A stretch of DNA of 36,353 bases from Methanoregula sp. (GTDB lineage: Archaea > Halobacteriota > Methanomicrobia > Methanomicrobiales > Methanospirillaceae), in the NCBI GenBank assembly GCA_039698055.1, contig JBDKTL010000038.1, positions 1 through 36,353 of the forward strand, in the 5' to 3' direction. Each line of letters begins with the position of its first letter. Position 1 is the stretch's first letter. The position numbers were made by a program, and so were the translations under genes. Of this stretch, positions 1 through 7,959 are shown one piece after another. The notes under the pieces were generated by a model. That model ran no database searches. It saw only the letters and a list, made by a program, of their open reading frames with translations, and was not told where the DNA came from.

Positions 1-124
1 AATTCCTCTATTACATTAAAGAGATGGAATGGAGATACAACAACCGTCAGAAAGATTTATTTGCGGTCCTTGTGGATTTGATGTTGAAAGAAACCGTGTT
101 GGTACGGGATGTTACATAATCACC
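1..124 (+). mobile_element. 3' end of an IS1595-family insertion sequence (transposase C-terminus plus probable right terminal inverted repeat); truncated by the window edge
   Basis: Frame from nt 3 reads FLYYIKEMEWRYNNRQKDLFAVLVDLMLKETVLVRDVT* (TAA 117-119), matching the IS1595/ISXO2 C-terminal motif Y-x-x-E-x-x-(W/F)-R-Y-N-x-R. The end GTTACATAATCACC (reverse complement GGTGATTATGTAAC) resembles ISNwi1-group ends and is followed by an AT-rich 8-mer, AAAAATTA. Not in the ORF track. Confidence 0.75.
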
Positions 125-129
125 AAAAA

Positions 130-849
130 TTAATACGTGAGCCGGGTATAGGTCACGTCAACACTGTCAAAGAGATCCATCTCGCTTGTTTTCATCGGGA
201 TATAACTGGTAAGGACAAGCTGCTTATCGATGACCAGCGTCTGAGTGGTTTTGAACTGTGCAATAACATCCCCATCAGAGCGGACATTGACCGAGATCGT
301 ATAGTTTGATGCCCGGACATTTGTCGGGTCAAGGACTACTAGTACTTCGACAAAATTCCAGTTGGGTTCTGGATTAACAACACCAACACATACAGGAAGA
401 TCTTTTATTTTCTGGTTATCTCCTGTTCCTGTTGTGTAGTCCAGCAGGAAATCCCGGTACTCGTGCTCGGAAACCTGTGAAAGTTTTGGAACGACCTGCT
501 GGATGCCGTATTTGGAATCCTTGGCGATGGCAGGGAATACCTGCTGCATCGGGCAGTTGGGGATGTTTTGCGGGAACACGCGTTTTGTCATCTCAAGATG
601 TCGCAGGTACGGGTTATCGGTCGCAATCCGGGTTGTCTGTTCTGTTGTTAAGATTGTTTCAAGCGGAATGTAGGTCGATGCCGGGATCGTGCCTGTTACG
701 CCCGGTGTCGGCAGTTCAGATGTTTCAGGTGGCGCACTGGTGGTTGGGGTGGCTGCCGGTGTCGGATGGGACGATCCGGGAAACGTGCAGCCACATATCA
801 GTGCACTTCCCAGTAAAAAAAGAACAATGAGGATAGTGCTTTTTTTCAT
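130..849 (-). CDS. Secreted/lipoprotein-like hypothetical protein with Pro/Thr-rich linker
   Basis: MKK, hydrophobic stretch and 'ICGC' lipobox-like motif, then a PT-rich linker; 239 aa. Confidence 0.75.
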   Translation of the reverse strand: MKKSTILIVLFLLGSALICGCTFPGSSHPTPAATPTTSAPPETSELPTPGVTGTIPASTYIPLETILTTEQTTRIATDNPYLRHLEMTKRVFPQNIPNCPMQQVFPAIAKDSKYGIQQVVPKLSQVSEHEYRDFLLDYTTGTGDNQKIKDLPVCVGVVNPEPNWNFVEVLVVLDPTNVRASNYTISVNVRSDGDVIAQFKTTQTLVIDKQLVLTSYIPMKTSEMDLFDSVDVTYTRLTY

Positions 850-1208
850 AGTTACTGGTACAGACTAAAAGACCATTAAAGCCTATGGTTGAACGGGACA
901 ATGAAATTTTTTCGTTCCTTGCGTATCAGTATTTATCCAAAAAAAACCATCCGCCCGGCGAGATGGTTATCCTTGTCTTAAGGTATATGATACGACATGA
1001 ACAAATGATGTACAAACTATCGCCATGATACCTCACCGTGCATTTCCGGGTGAGGGTTTCACGTGCAGGCATCGTGAGCGTTTAACGCGGGCGTACCCGT
1101 GACGGGAAAACCTGGTTCCCTGCCACACCAAAAATACAAAAAATGTCCCATGGTCTTTGCCGGTGCGCAATCAACGGCATAATTTAAAAAACACAGAACT
1201 GGCCGATT

Positions 1209-2126
1209 ATGGATTTCTTTGCTGTTCTCATCTCGATCCTGACCCTCTTTGTCATCATGGGAATCGGGTATACCCTGCGGAAACGCGGTGTGCTGGATGC
1301 CAGCCGGGTTCACATGACATCCCATGTGCTGGTCAACATCGCTATTCCCGCACTGACGATCATGAGCATGCAGATGCCAAATACCGGGAATGTGGTGGGC
1401 ATGGCAGACCAGATGCTGCTCGTCGCGTTTGCATATTATGGCCTCGCGTTTGTGGCAAGTCTTGTCATCTGCCGGTTCATTCCCGCCACGGGGCCCGAGA
1501 CGGGCGTGTTCCGGTTCATGCTTGTCTTCCCGAACGTCGGGTTTATGGGGATTCCCGTATCTGAAGTGGTCTTTGGGCCCGGGTCGCTCTTTTACGTGAT
1601 CCTGTTCAACCTGCCCTTCAACCTGCTTGCATTCACGATGGGTGTCTGGCTTCTTGCCGGGGGAAAATCCAAAAAACCCGATCTGAAGATCCTGCTCACA
1701 CCCGGTCTTTTAGCATCCTTCATCGGAATTTTCCTGTTCTTTGCCGGCATTCACATCCCGTATCCGGCCGACACGGTCCTGGACTGGATCGGAAAAACCA
1801 CGACACCGCTTGCGATGCTCGTCGTTGGCGCCCTGCTGGCAACCATCCCCACGGCACGGCTGGCCGGCGACTGGCGGGTGTGGGCGATCTGCGGATGCCG
1901 GCTGGTGGTCTTCCCGCTCATTGCGTATGTCGCACTCGCGCCATTCATCACCGACCGGCTCCTGCTCGGAACAACCGTCCTCATGATTGCGATGCCGATT
2001 GCTGCCTATGCAGTGCTGCTGTCGGAAGAGTACCGGGTGGATGCAACGCTCGCGTCACAGGGTGTGTTCCTCTCCACCGTGCTGAGCCTGGTGACGATCC
2101 CGGCGCTGGTTGTTATGCTGTTTTAA
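1209..2126 (+). CDS. AEC (auxin efflux carrier) family transporter
   Basis: 305 aa, ~10 TM segments, FPNVGFMGIP and AMP motifs, C-terminal 'STVLSLVTIP'. Confidence 0.9.
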   Translation: MDFFAVLISILTLFVIMGIGYTLRKRGVLDASRVHMTSHVLVNIAIPALTIMSMQMPNTGNVVGMADQMLLVAFAYYGLAFVASLVICRFIPATGPETGVFRFMLVFPNVGFMGIPVSEVVFGPGSLFYVILFNLPFNLLAFTMGVWLLAGGKSKKPDLKILLTPGLLASFIGIFLFFAGIHIPYPADTVLDWIGKTTTPLAMLVVGALLATIPTARLAGDWRVWAICGCRLVVFPLIAYVALAPFITDRLLLGTTVLMIAMPIAAYAVLLSEEYRVDATLASQGVFLSTVLSLVTIPALVVMLF

Positions 2127-2218
2127 AGGGCCATCGCAGGAGAGTTGAGACAGGGTGACCGGGGTCTGGCGCCAGAACGGGGATTACGCTGGCGTTTTTA
2201 ATCACTAAAAAAAGGGAA

Positions 2219-2623
2219 TCAGATAATTTTTGCACCGGCGCCGGGTCCGGGTTTGCATTCGAATACTTCGGTAATTTTGACGATGATCAGCGAACGGGCG
2301 GGCAGTGCCGGGTTCTTCACGTTCAGCTTTGCCTTCATCTCGTCGTATTCCTTGCCGCTTGACTTGATCGCGGCAACGCCCTTGATCTGGTAACAGCCCT
2401 TGATATCCGGACCCCAGATATATATCGCAATCTTTGGGTTCAGGCGGATGTTGGACAATGTTTTGTTCATGAAGTTGTCCGTAATCCAGATCGTCTCATC
2501 GTTGACCAGTTCAACTACGCCAATCGGTACAACATTCGGTGTGCCGTCCTTTGACGCCGTGGCAACCGGGAAGATCCTCATCTTTGCAAATGCTTCCTTC
2601 ATTTCAGCGGTTAGTTTTACCAT
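2219..2623 (-). CDS. Pyridoxamine 5'-phosphate oxidase-like FMN-binding protein
   Basis: VATASKDGTPNVVP, 'KTLSNIRLNPKIAI' and 'YQIKG' motifs; 134 aa. Confidence 0.9.
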   Translation of the reverse strand: MVKLTAEMKEAFAKMRIFPVATASKDGTPNVVPIGVVELVNDETIWITDNFMNKTLSNIRLNPKIAIYIWGPDIKGCYQIKGVAAIKSSGKEYDEMKAKLNVKNPALPARSLIIVKITEVFECKPGPGAGAKII

Positions 2624-2927
2624 GGTGTACTCACCGATTATCCCATTCGGACTTTCATTCCTATATACCTTAGCGTCACAAAAATGTAGCAGGATAATCC
2701 GGTGACTATTGCCCTACTCTTTTTAATTTTCCCCGAATGAAAATCACGAACCCCGCATGGCGTCATGATCCTGTCAACACGGCCGGTTACGATAATTATT
2801 CCCGGCCCGGGAACAAGGTTCTGGATAAAATTCCCGGTTCAGCCGCTGGACCTACCGGGAACACAAGTGTCCTCATTGGTCATGTTTATTGGATGGGAAC
2901 TCTCATGTACCCATTCGAGGTTGTTGC

Positions 2928-3152
2928 ATGAAAGTGATCATTGATCGTAAAAATTGTGTCAGCTGCGGCTCATGCTGGGAAGCCTGCCCTGACTTGTTCG
3001 AAGAAGACCCCGATGATTCGTTCAGCAGGATCATTGAAAAACACCGTCCCGATCCAAAAAACCGGGCCGAGGGTACGGTTCCGCCCGCGGATGAAGCCTG
3101 TGCAAAGGACGCCGCTGACCTCTGCCCTTCAGCGATAATCCGGGTGGAATAA
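2928..3152 (+). CDS. Monocluster ferredoxin
   Basis: MKVIIDRKNCVSCGSCWEACP...CPSAII; ATG 2928 is preceded by GAGG, so the start is moved downstream of the track call (2889). Confidence 0.9.
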   Translation: MKVIIDRKNCVSCGSCWEACPDLFEEDPDDSFSRIIEKHRPDPKNRAEGTVPPADEACAKDAADLCPSAIIRVE

Positions 3153-3330
3153 TACCGGCGGGACAATAAGCGGAGAGGCCGTCAGCAGACCGTTTTCGCA
3201 GTCGCCGGGTTGACCCGCCATCGCGGGGCATCTTTTTATTCTGCTGGCAGGATGCACTTTTTTTTCTTACCGCTCTATTTTCCGCTGTTCATAAAAACCC
3301 GGAGAGAGTACAGGAACATGAGGACATGGT

Positions 3331-3639
3331 ATGACACCGCAGAACCCGATGGAACTGTTCCGGAAAGAAGCACCCGAAGTCGCAGAAGCATTCAACGGCC
3401 TGATAATGTCGCTCGTGAATCGGCCGGCGCTTGATGCAAAGACAAAACAGCTGATCTACATCGCCCTCAAGGCATCGACAGGCGACGATTCAGCAGTCCG
3501 GGCGCATGTGCCGATGGCAAAAGCGGCGGGCGCGACAAAAGAGGAAGTGGTGGATGCGATTCTCATGACCCTGACCGTTGCCGGGATTCGTGGGGTAGTT
3601 CACTGCCTGCCCGATGCGGTGGCGCAGTTCGGGGAGTGA
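3331..3639 (+). CDS. Carboxymuconolactone decarboxylase (CMD/AhpD-like) family protein
   Basis: 'LDAKTKQLIYIAL', 'HVPMAKAAGATKEEV' pattern; 102 aa. Confidence 0.88.
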   Translation: MTPQNPMELFRKEAPEVAEAFNGLIMSLVNRPALDAKTKQLIYIALKASTGDDSAVRAHVPMAKAAGATKEEVVDAILMTLTVAGIRGVVHCLPDAVAQFGE

Positions 3640-3769
3640 GACGCACCCGGATTGAAAAAAATCATTTCTTTTTACGATAATCTCCCTTCATCCGCACGTA
3701 AAAAATCCGTTCATCCCTCCTGCTGAACAGGAAAAAATTTACCCCGCCCGCTTCAAGTAAATTGATTGC

Positions 3770-4396
3770 GTGATGTTTCCCATGACACCAGAACCAAAAA
3801 CATTCAAAGACGCTGTTATGTTCCACGGGCATTCCTGTCCCGGGCTTGCGCTCGGGTACCGGGCGGCGCAGCATGCGATGAGCGTCCTTCAGGCAGCACG
3901 TTCCAAAGACGAGGACCTGGTTGCGATTGTCGAGAACGATGCCTGCGGCATTGATGCTGTTCAGGTCCTTGCCGGGTGTTCTGTCGGGAAAGGCAACCTG
4001 ATCCTCCGCGATCTCGGCAAGCATGCATACACGTTCATCAACCGGAAAACCGGAAAAGCAGTCCGGCTGGTCCAGCGTCCCGAACCACTGATCGAGCGGA
4101 TCGATCCGGTTGCTTCAGCGCTTCGGGTAAAAGTGATGAACGGAACAGCAACTCCCGCCGAGCATAAGGAATTCCACGAGCGGCAGACTGCAGTGATCCA
4201 AAAGATCCTCACGATCCCGGTTGAAGAACTCTATATCGTAAAAGACATAGAGCCGGAGATCCCGGATCGCGCTAAGATCTTCAGGTCAGTCCCGTGCGCT
4301 TCCTGCGGGGAGATGGTGGCCGAACACCGGGCCCGGGTCCGGGACGGGAAGATTGTCTGCATCACGTGCGCCGGGGACTACAGCCGCGGGTGGTAA
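3770..4396 (+). CDS. FmdE/FwdE-family protein with C-terminal zinc finger
   Basis: FHGHSCPGLALG, ENDACGIDAVQ, C-terminal CASCGE...CITC. Confidence 0.9.
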   Translation: MMFPMTPEPKTFKDAVMFHGHSCPGLALGYRAAQHAMSVLQAARSKDEDLVAIVENDACGIDAVQVLAGCSVGKGNLILRDLGKHAYTFINRKTGKAVRLVQRPEPLIERIDPVASALRVKVMNGTATPAEHKEFHERQTAVIQKILTIPVEELYIVKDIEPEIPDRAKIFRSVPCASCGEMVAEHRARVRDGKIVCITCAGDYSRGW

Positions 4397-4488
4397 GAGG
4401 CACGTTCTCTTGTGGGCATGAGTCGTTCTGGTGTAGGGGCTTTATCAAACCAAGCTTTCAAGTACGTACCATATCCGGGAGAATCATA

Positions 4489-4716
4489 ATGGCACCATTC
4501 GATTGTATGCAGGGAATGATCAAAGGATACCTGGCCTCACCCCAGGGCCAGCAGGCAGTACACGAGTACTTCGCTTCTGCCGAGGGACAGGCAGCGGTCA
4601 ATTCGTATCTTGCAACGCCCGGGGGCCAGCAGGTGGCCCGGCTGCTGCTCGCCCAATCGCTTGACCGGCTAAACATCCCCAGTGACGTAAAAGATCTCGT
4701 AAAACAAGCCCTTTAA
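4489..4716 (+). CDS. Small hypothetical protein with three internal Y(L/F)A(S/T)xxGQ repeats
   Basis: ATG 4489 follows GGGAG; 75 aa containing YLASPQGQ / YFASAEGQ / YLATPGGQ. Confidence 0.65.
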   Translation: MAPFDCMQGMIKGYLASPQGQQAVHEYFASAEGQAAVNSYLATPGGQQVARLLLAQSLDRLNIPSDVKDLVKQAL

Positions 4717-4842
4717 TCAATTTCATTTTGTGATGCCGGTATTTTTTACGGTGCCGGTTTTTTGGCGGCACATTTTTTTAATTGCCGTCCTGTCCGGCCG
4801 CATTCCAACCATAAAGCATCTAATCTTGCCATTCTTAGTTTT

Positions 4843-5597
4843 ATGGACATGGACCCATCGATGATTTGTACCCTCTTTGAAGGGCTCCCCCGGCAGGGAC
4901 CGGGGAGCACGGCCTGTACAAAAGAGATGTTTTCACGGCTTCCGGCACTGCCCCCCGCCCGGCGATTCTTGATATCGGCTGCGGGAGTGGCATGCAGACG
5001 ATCGATCTTGCACGGCTCTCTCCGGATGCGCAGATTACGGCAACCGACGTGCATGAACCATTCCTTGAAGAACTGCGACAACGGGCACTCTCAGCGGGTG
5101 TGTCCGGCCGTATCAGGACAGTCAGGGCCTCCATGGATGCACTCCCGTTTCCCCCCGCATCGTACGATCTTCTCTGGGCGGAAGGATCAATCTTTATTAT
5201 CGGCGTGGAACAGGGTCTTGCCGCATGGAAAAAATTCATCCGGCCCGGCGGTTTTCTCGCGTTTACCGATGCGGTCTGGTTCACGGACTCCCCTTCTGAA
5301 GAATCCCGGGTATTCTGGCAGCAGAATTACCCGGCAATAAAAACGGCAGAGGAAGTAAAAACGATCGCTGCACATGCAGGCTATAGCTGCGTCACGGATT
5401 TCCCGCTCCTGAAATCCGCGTGGTGGGACGATTACTACACGCCGCTCCTCGCACGAATACCTCTGCTTGAAGAAAAATACCGGGGCAACGCGGATGCATG
5501 TGCCATAATTGCGGTCATGAAACAGGAAATCGGGATGCACCGCCATCATTTTTCCGAATACGGGTACCAGTTTTTCCTGCTCCACACCAGTACCTGA
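4843..5597 (+). pseudogene. Class I SAM-dependent methyltransferase, frameshifted at a C6 run (4951-4956)
   Basis: N-terminus MDMDPSMICTLFEGLPRQGPGS...LPALPP lies in the frame of ORF 4762. Motif I (AILDIGCGSGMQT) and the remainder (DLLWAEGS, RPGG) lie in the frame of ORF 4992. One extra C restores a continuous ORF. Confidence 0.8.
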
Positions 5598-5735
5598 TCT
5601 GCGGCATGGTTTTGATAAATTTATACAACCCGGTTTCCGTTTCTGGAACAGGAATACGACCGCCCGAAACCGGCACCTGCCGGAAAAAAACCCATCTCCT
5701 TTTACCTCACCACTTCCCAGTACTGATGAACTATC

Positions 5736-7865
5736 ATGCCACGGCCGGCGTACCTTATTGTCCTGTTTATCGTCCTGTTCAGTCTCGTGATCATCACCGG
5801 GATGTATTTTCCCGCCGGCATTGGCAAAACCCCTCTCGTCCCCTCAGCACCAACCGGAGTATCCCCTGTGACAACACGTAACCCGACAGAACCTGTCCAG
5901 TCCCATTACGCACCCGGTGAGATCACCGGGTTGTGCGATGCAGCGATCAGCTCGGCAAATGCGTCGTTTAACGAGATCGCGGCAATCCCGCTGGAAAAAA
6001 GAACGACCGATACCACGCTTCTCCGTTTTGAAAATACTCTTGCCGGTTTTAACGACCGGGTCATGCCGCTCACGCTCATGAGTTACGTGTATCCGGACCC
6101 GGCAATCTCCGCAGAAGGTGCCGCGTGCGAAGAGAAAGCCGGGATGTTCACGGTCGGTATCTATACCCGGCGCGATCTCTATGATGCGGTCCGGCAGGCA
6201 ACCCCCCGCACGGCAAAAGAGAGCCGGCTGTATAACGAGACCCTTCGCCAGTTCAAACGAAACGGGCTGGCACTGCCCGATGACCGGCTCGCCCACGTCC
6301 GTGCACTCAAAGAGAACCTTACCCGGCTTGAAGTGCAGTTCTCGGCAAACCTGAACAATGACAATACGACACTCACGTTTTCCGCCGGAGATCTCGTGGG
6401 AGTCCCTCCCGAAGCCCTTGCCACCTTCAAAAAAACCGGGACCGGCACCTACCTTGTCACCACAAAATACCCGGATTACTACGCCGTGATGCAGAATGCG
6501 AAGAAGAGCGACACGAGAAAGACGATGTACCGTGCGTTTGTCAACCGGCAGGCGGACGAGAACACCCGGCTCCTTGAAGAAGCAATCCTCGTACGGCAGG
6601 AGATCGCAAAGGAACTGGGGTATGCGACGTGGGCGGATTACCGGATTGACGGGCGCATGGCAGGGAACAAGGAAAATGTGCTCGCATTTCTCGCGGAATT
6701 AAAGGAACCTCTCAAGGAGAAGACACATGCTGAACTTTCAGCCCTCCTTACTGTGAAACAGGGACTCACACCGGGTGCAACGGCCCTCGATCCATGGGAT
6801 ATGATGTACCTGAACGAGCAGGTCAGGAAACAGAAATATGCACTCGATGACGAAACCATCCGCCAGTATTTCCCGCTGGATGTCGTTACCGACGGCATGT
6901 TTCACGAGTTCGGGCCGCTCTTCAACGTCAGTTTTGCGGAAGTGCCGGGCGCCCAGGTGTGGTCGCCGGACGTGAAACTCTACCGGGTCGCCGGCACGAC
7001 CGACAACCGGACAATCGCGTACATCTATTTCGATCTCTTCCCCCGCGAGGGAAAATACGGGCACACGATGATGGTCCCGCTCATTGCCGGCCGGCTGGTG
7101 AACGGGACGTACAGCGTTCCGGTATCGGTAATTGTTGGCAATTTCCGGGCGCCAAACGGGGATATCCCGTCGCTCCTGACGCACGATGATGTGGACGGGC
7201 TCTTCCACGAGTTCGGCCACACGCTTCACGCGAGCCTGACTAGGGCACCCTACGCGAGCCTTTCGGGCACGAATGTCGAATGGGACTTTGTCGAGACACC
7301 CTCACAGGCCATGGAGGAATGGACCTGGCAGCCGGAAGTGATCGATACGATCTCCGGGCTTTACACCAACCACACGCAGAAACTTCCCGCTGAAATCCGC
7401 GACCGGATCATCGCTGCACGGGACATGGACGCAGGACAGGTCTATACCCGGATGCTGATGATCTCAAGTGAGGACATGGAGTTCCACACGGCACAGGGGC
7501 CGGTTGATGTGACCGACATCTCGGACCGGATGTATGCTGACCTGATGGGCATCCCCCCAATCCAAGGCGGGCATGAGCCGGCGACCATCGGGCATTTCAT
7601 GGGCGGCTACGATGCGGGATATTACAGCTACCTCTGGTCGAAGGTTTACGCATTAAACGTTTTTGAGCGGTTCAGGCAGGACGGTCTTGCCAATACCACA
7701 ACGGGGATGTCCTACCGGCACTGGATCCTTGAACCCGGCAACATGCAGGATGGCAACACCCTCCTCAGGGGATTCCTCGGTAAAGAACCGGGTATGGATG
7801 TGTTTTATGAACGGCTGAATATCAGTGCCGGTGGGAATTCCCGTAAAAATGTAACCCGTTCCTGA
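5736..7865 (+). CDS. M3 family (thimet oligopeptidase-like) metallopeptidase with N-terminal signal/anchor
   Basis: FHEFGH zinc motif, DFVETPSQ, GYDAGYYSYLWS; hydrophobic N-terminus. Confidence 0.92.
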   Translation: MPRPAYLIVLFIVLFSLVIITGMYFPAGIGKTPLVPSAPTGVSPVTTRNPTEPVQSHYAPGEITGLCDAAISSANASFNEIAAIPLEKRTTDTTLLRFENTLAGFNDRVMPLTLMSYVYPDPAISAEGAACEEKAGMFTVGIYTRRDLYDAVRQATPRTAKESRLYNETLRQFKRNGLALPDDRLAHVRALKENLTRLEVQFSANLNNDNTTLTFSAGDLVGVPPEALATFKKTGTGTYLVTTKYPDYYAVMQNAKKSDTRKTMYRAFVNRQADENTRLLEEAILVRQEIAKELGYATWADYRIDGRMAGNKENVLAFLAELKEPLKEKTHAELSALLTVKQGLTPGATALDPWDMMYLNEQVRKQKYALDDETIRQYFPLDVVTDGMFHEFGPLFNVSFAEVPGAQVWSPDVKLYRVAGTTDNRTIAYIYFDLFPREGKYGHTMMVPLIAGRLVNGTYSVPVSVIVGNFRAPNGDIPSLLTHDDVDGLFHEFGHTLHASLTRAPYASLSGTNVEWDFVETPSQAMEEWTWQPEVIDTISGLYTNHTQKLPAEIRDRIIAARDMDAGQVYTRMLMISSEDMEFHTAQGPVDVTDISDRMYADLMGIPPIQGGHEPATIGHFMGGYDAGYYSYLWSKVYALNVFERFRQDGLANTTTGMSYRHWILEPGNMQDGNTLLRGFLGKEPGMDVFYERLNISAGGNSRKNVTRS

Positions 7866-7959
7866 GTGACCAGACCGATTTTTCACCTTTTTTACCGGTT
7901 TGATTTTTTTGTCGTGTCCCATCGTACCCCTTATCATTTCCGGCGCACAATCAATCTGT

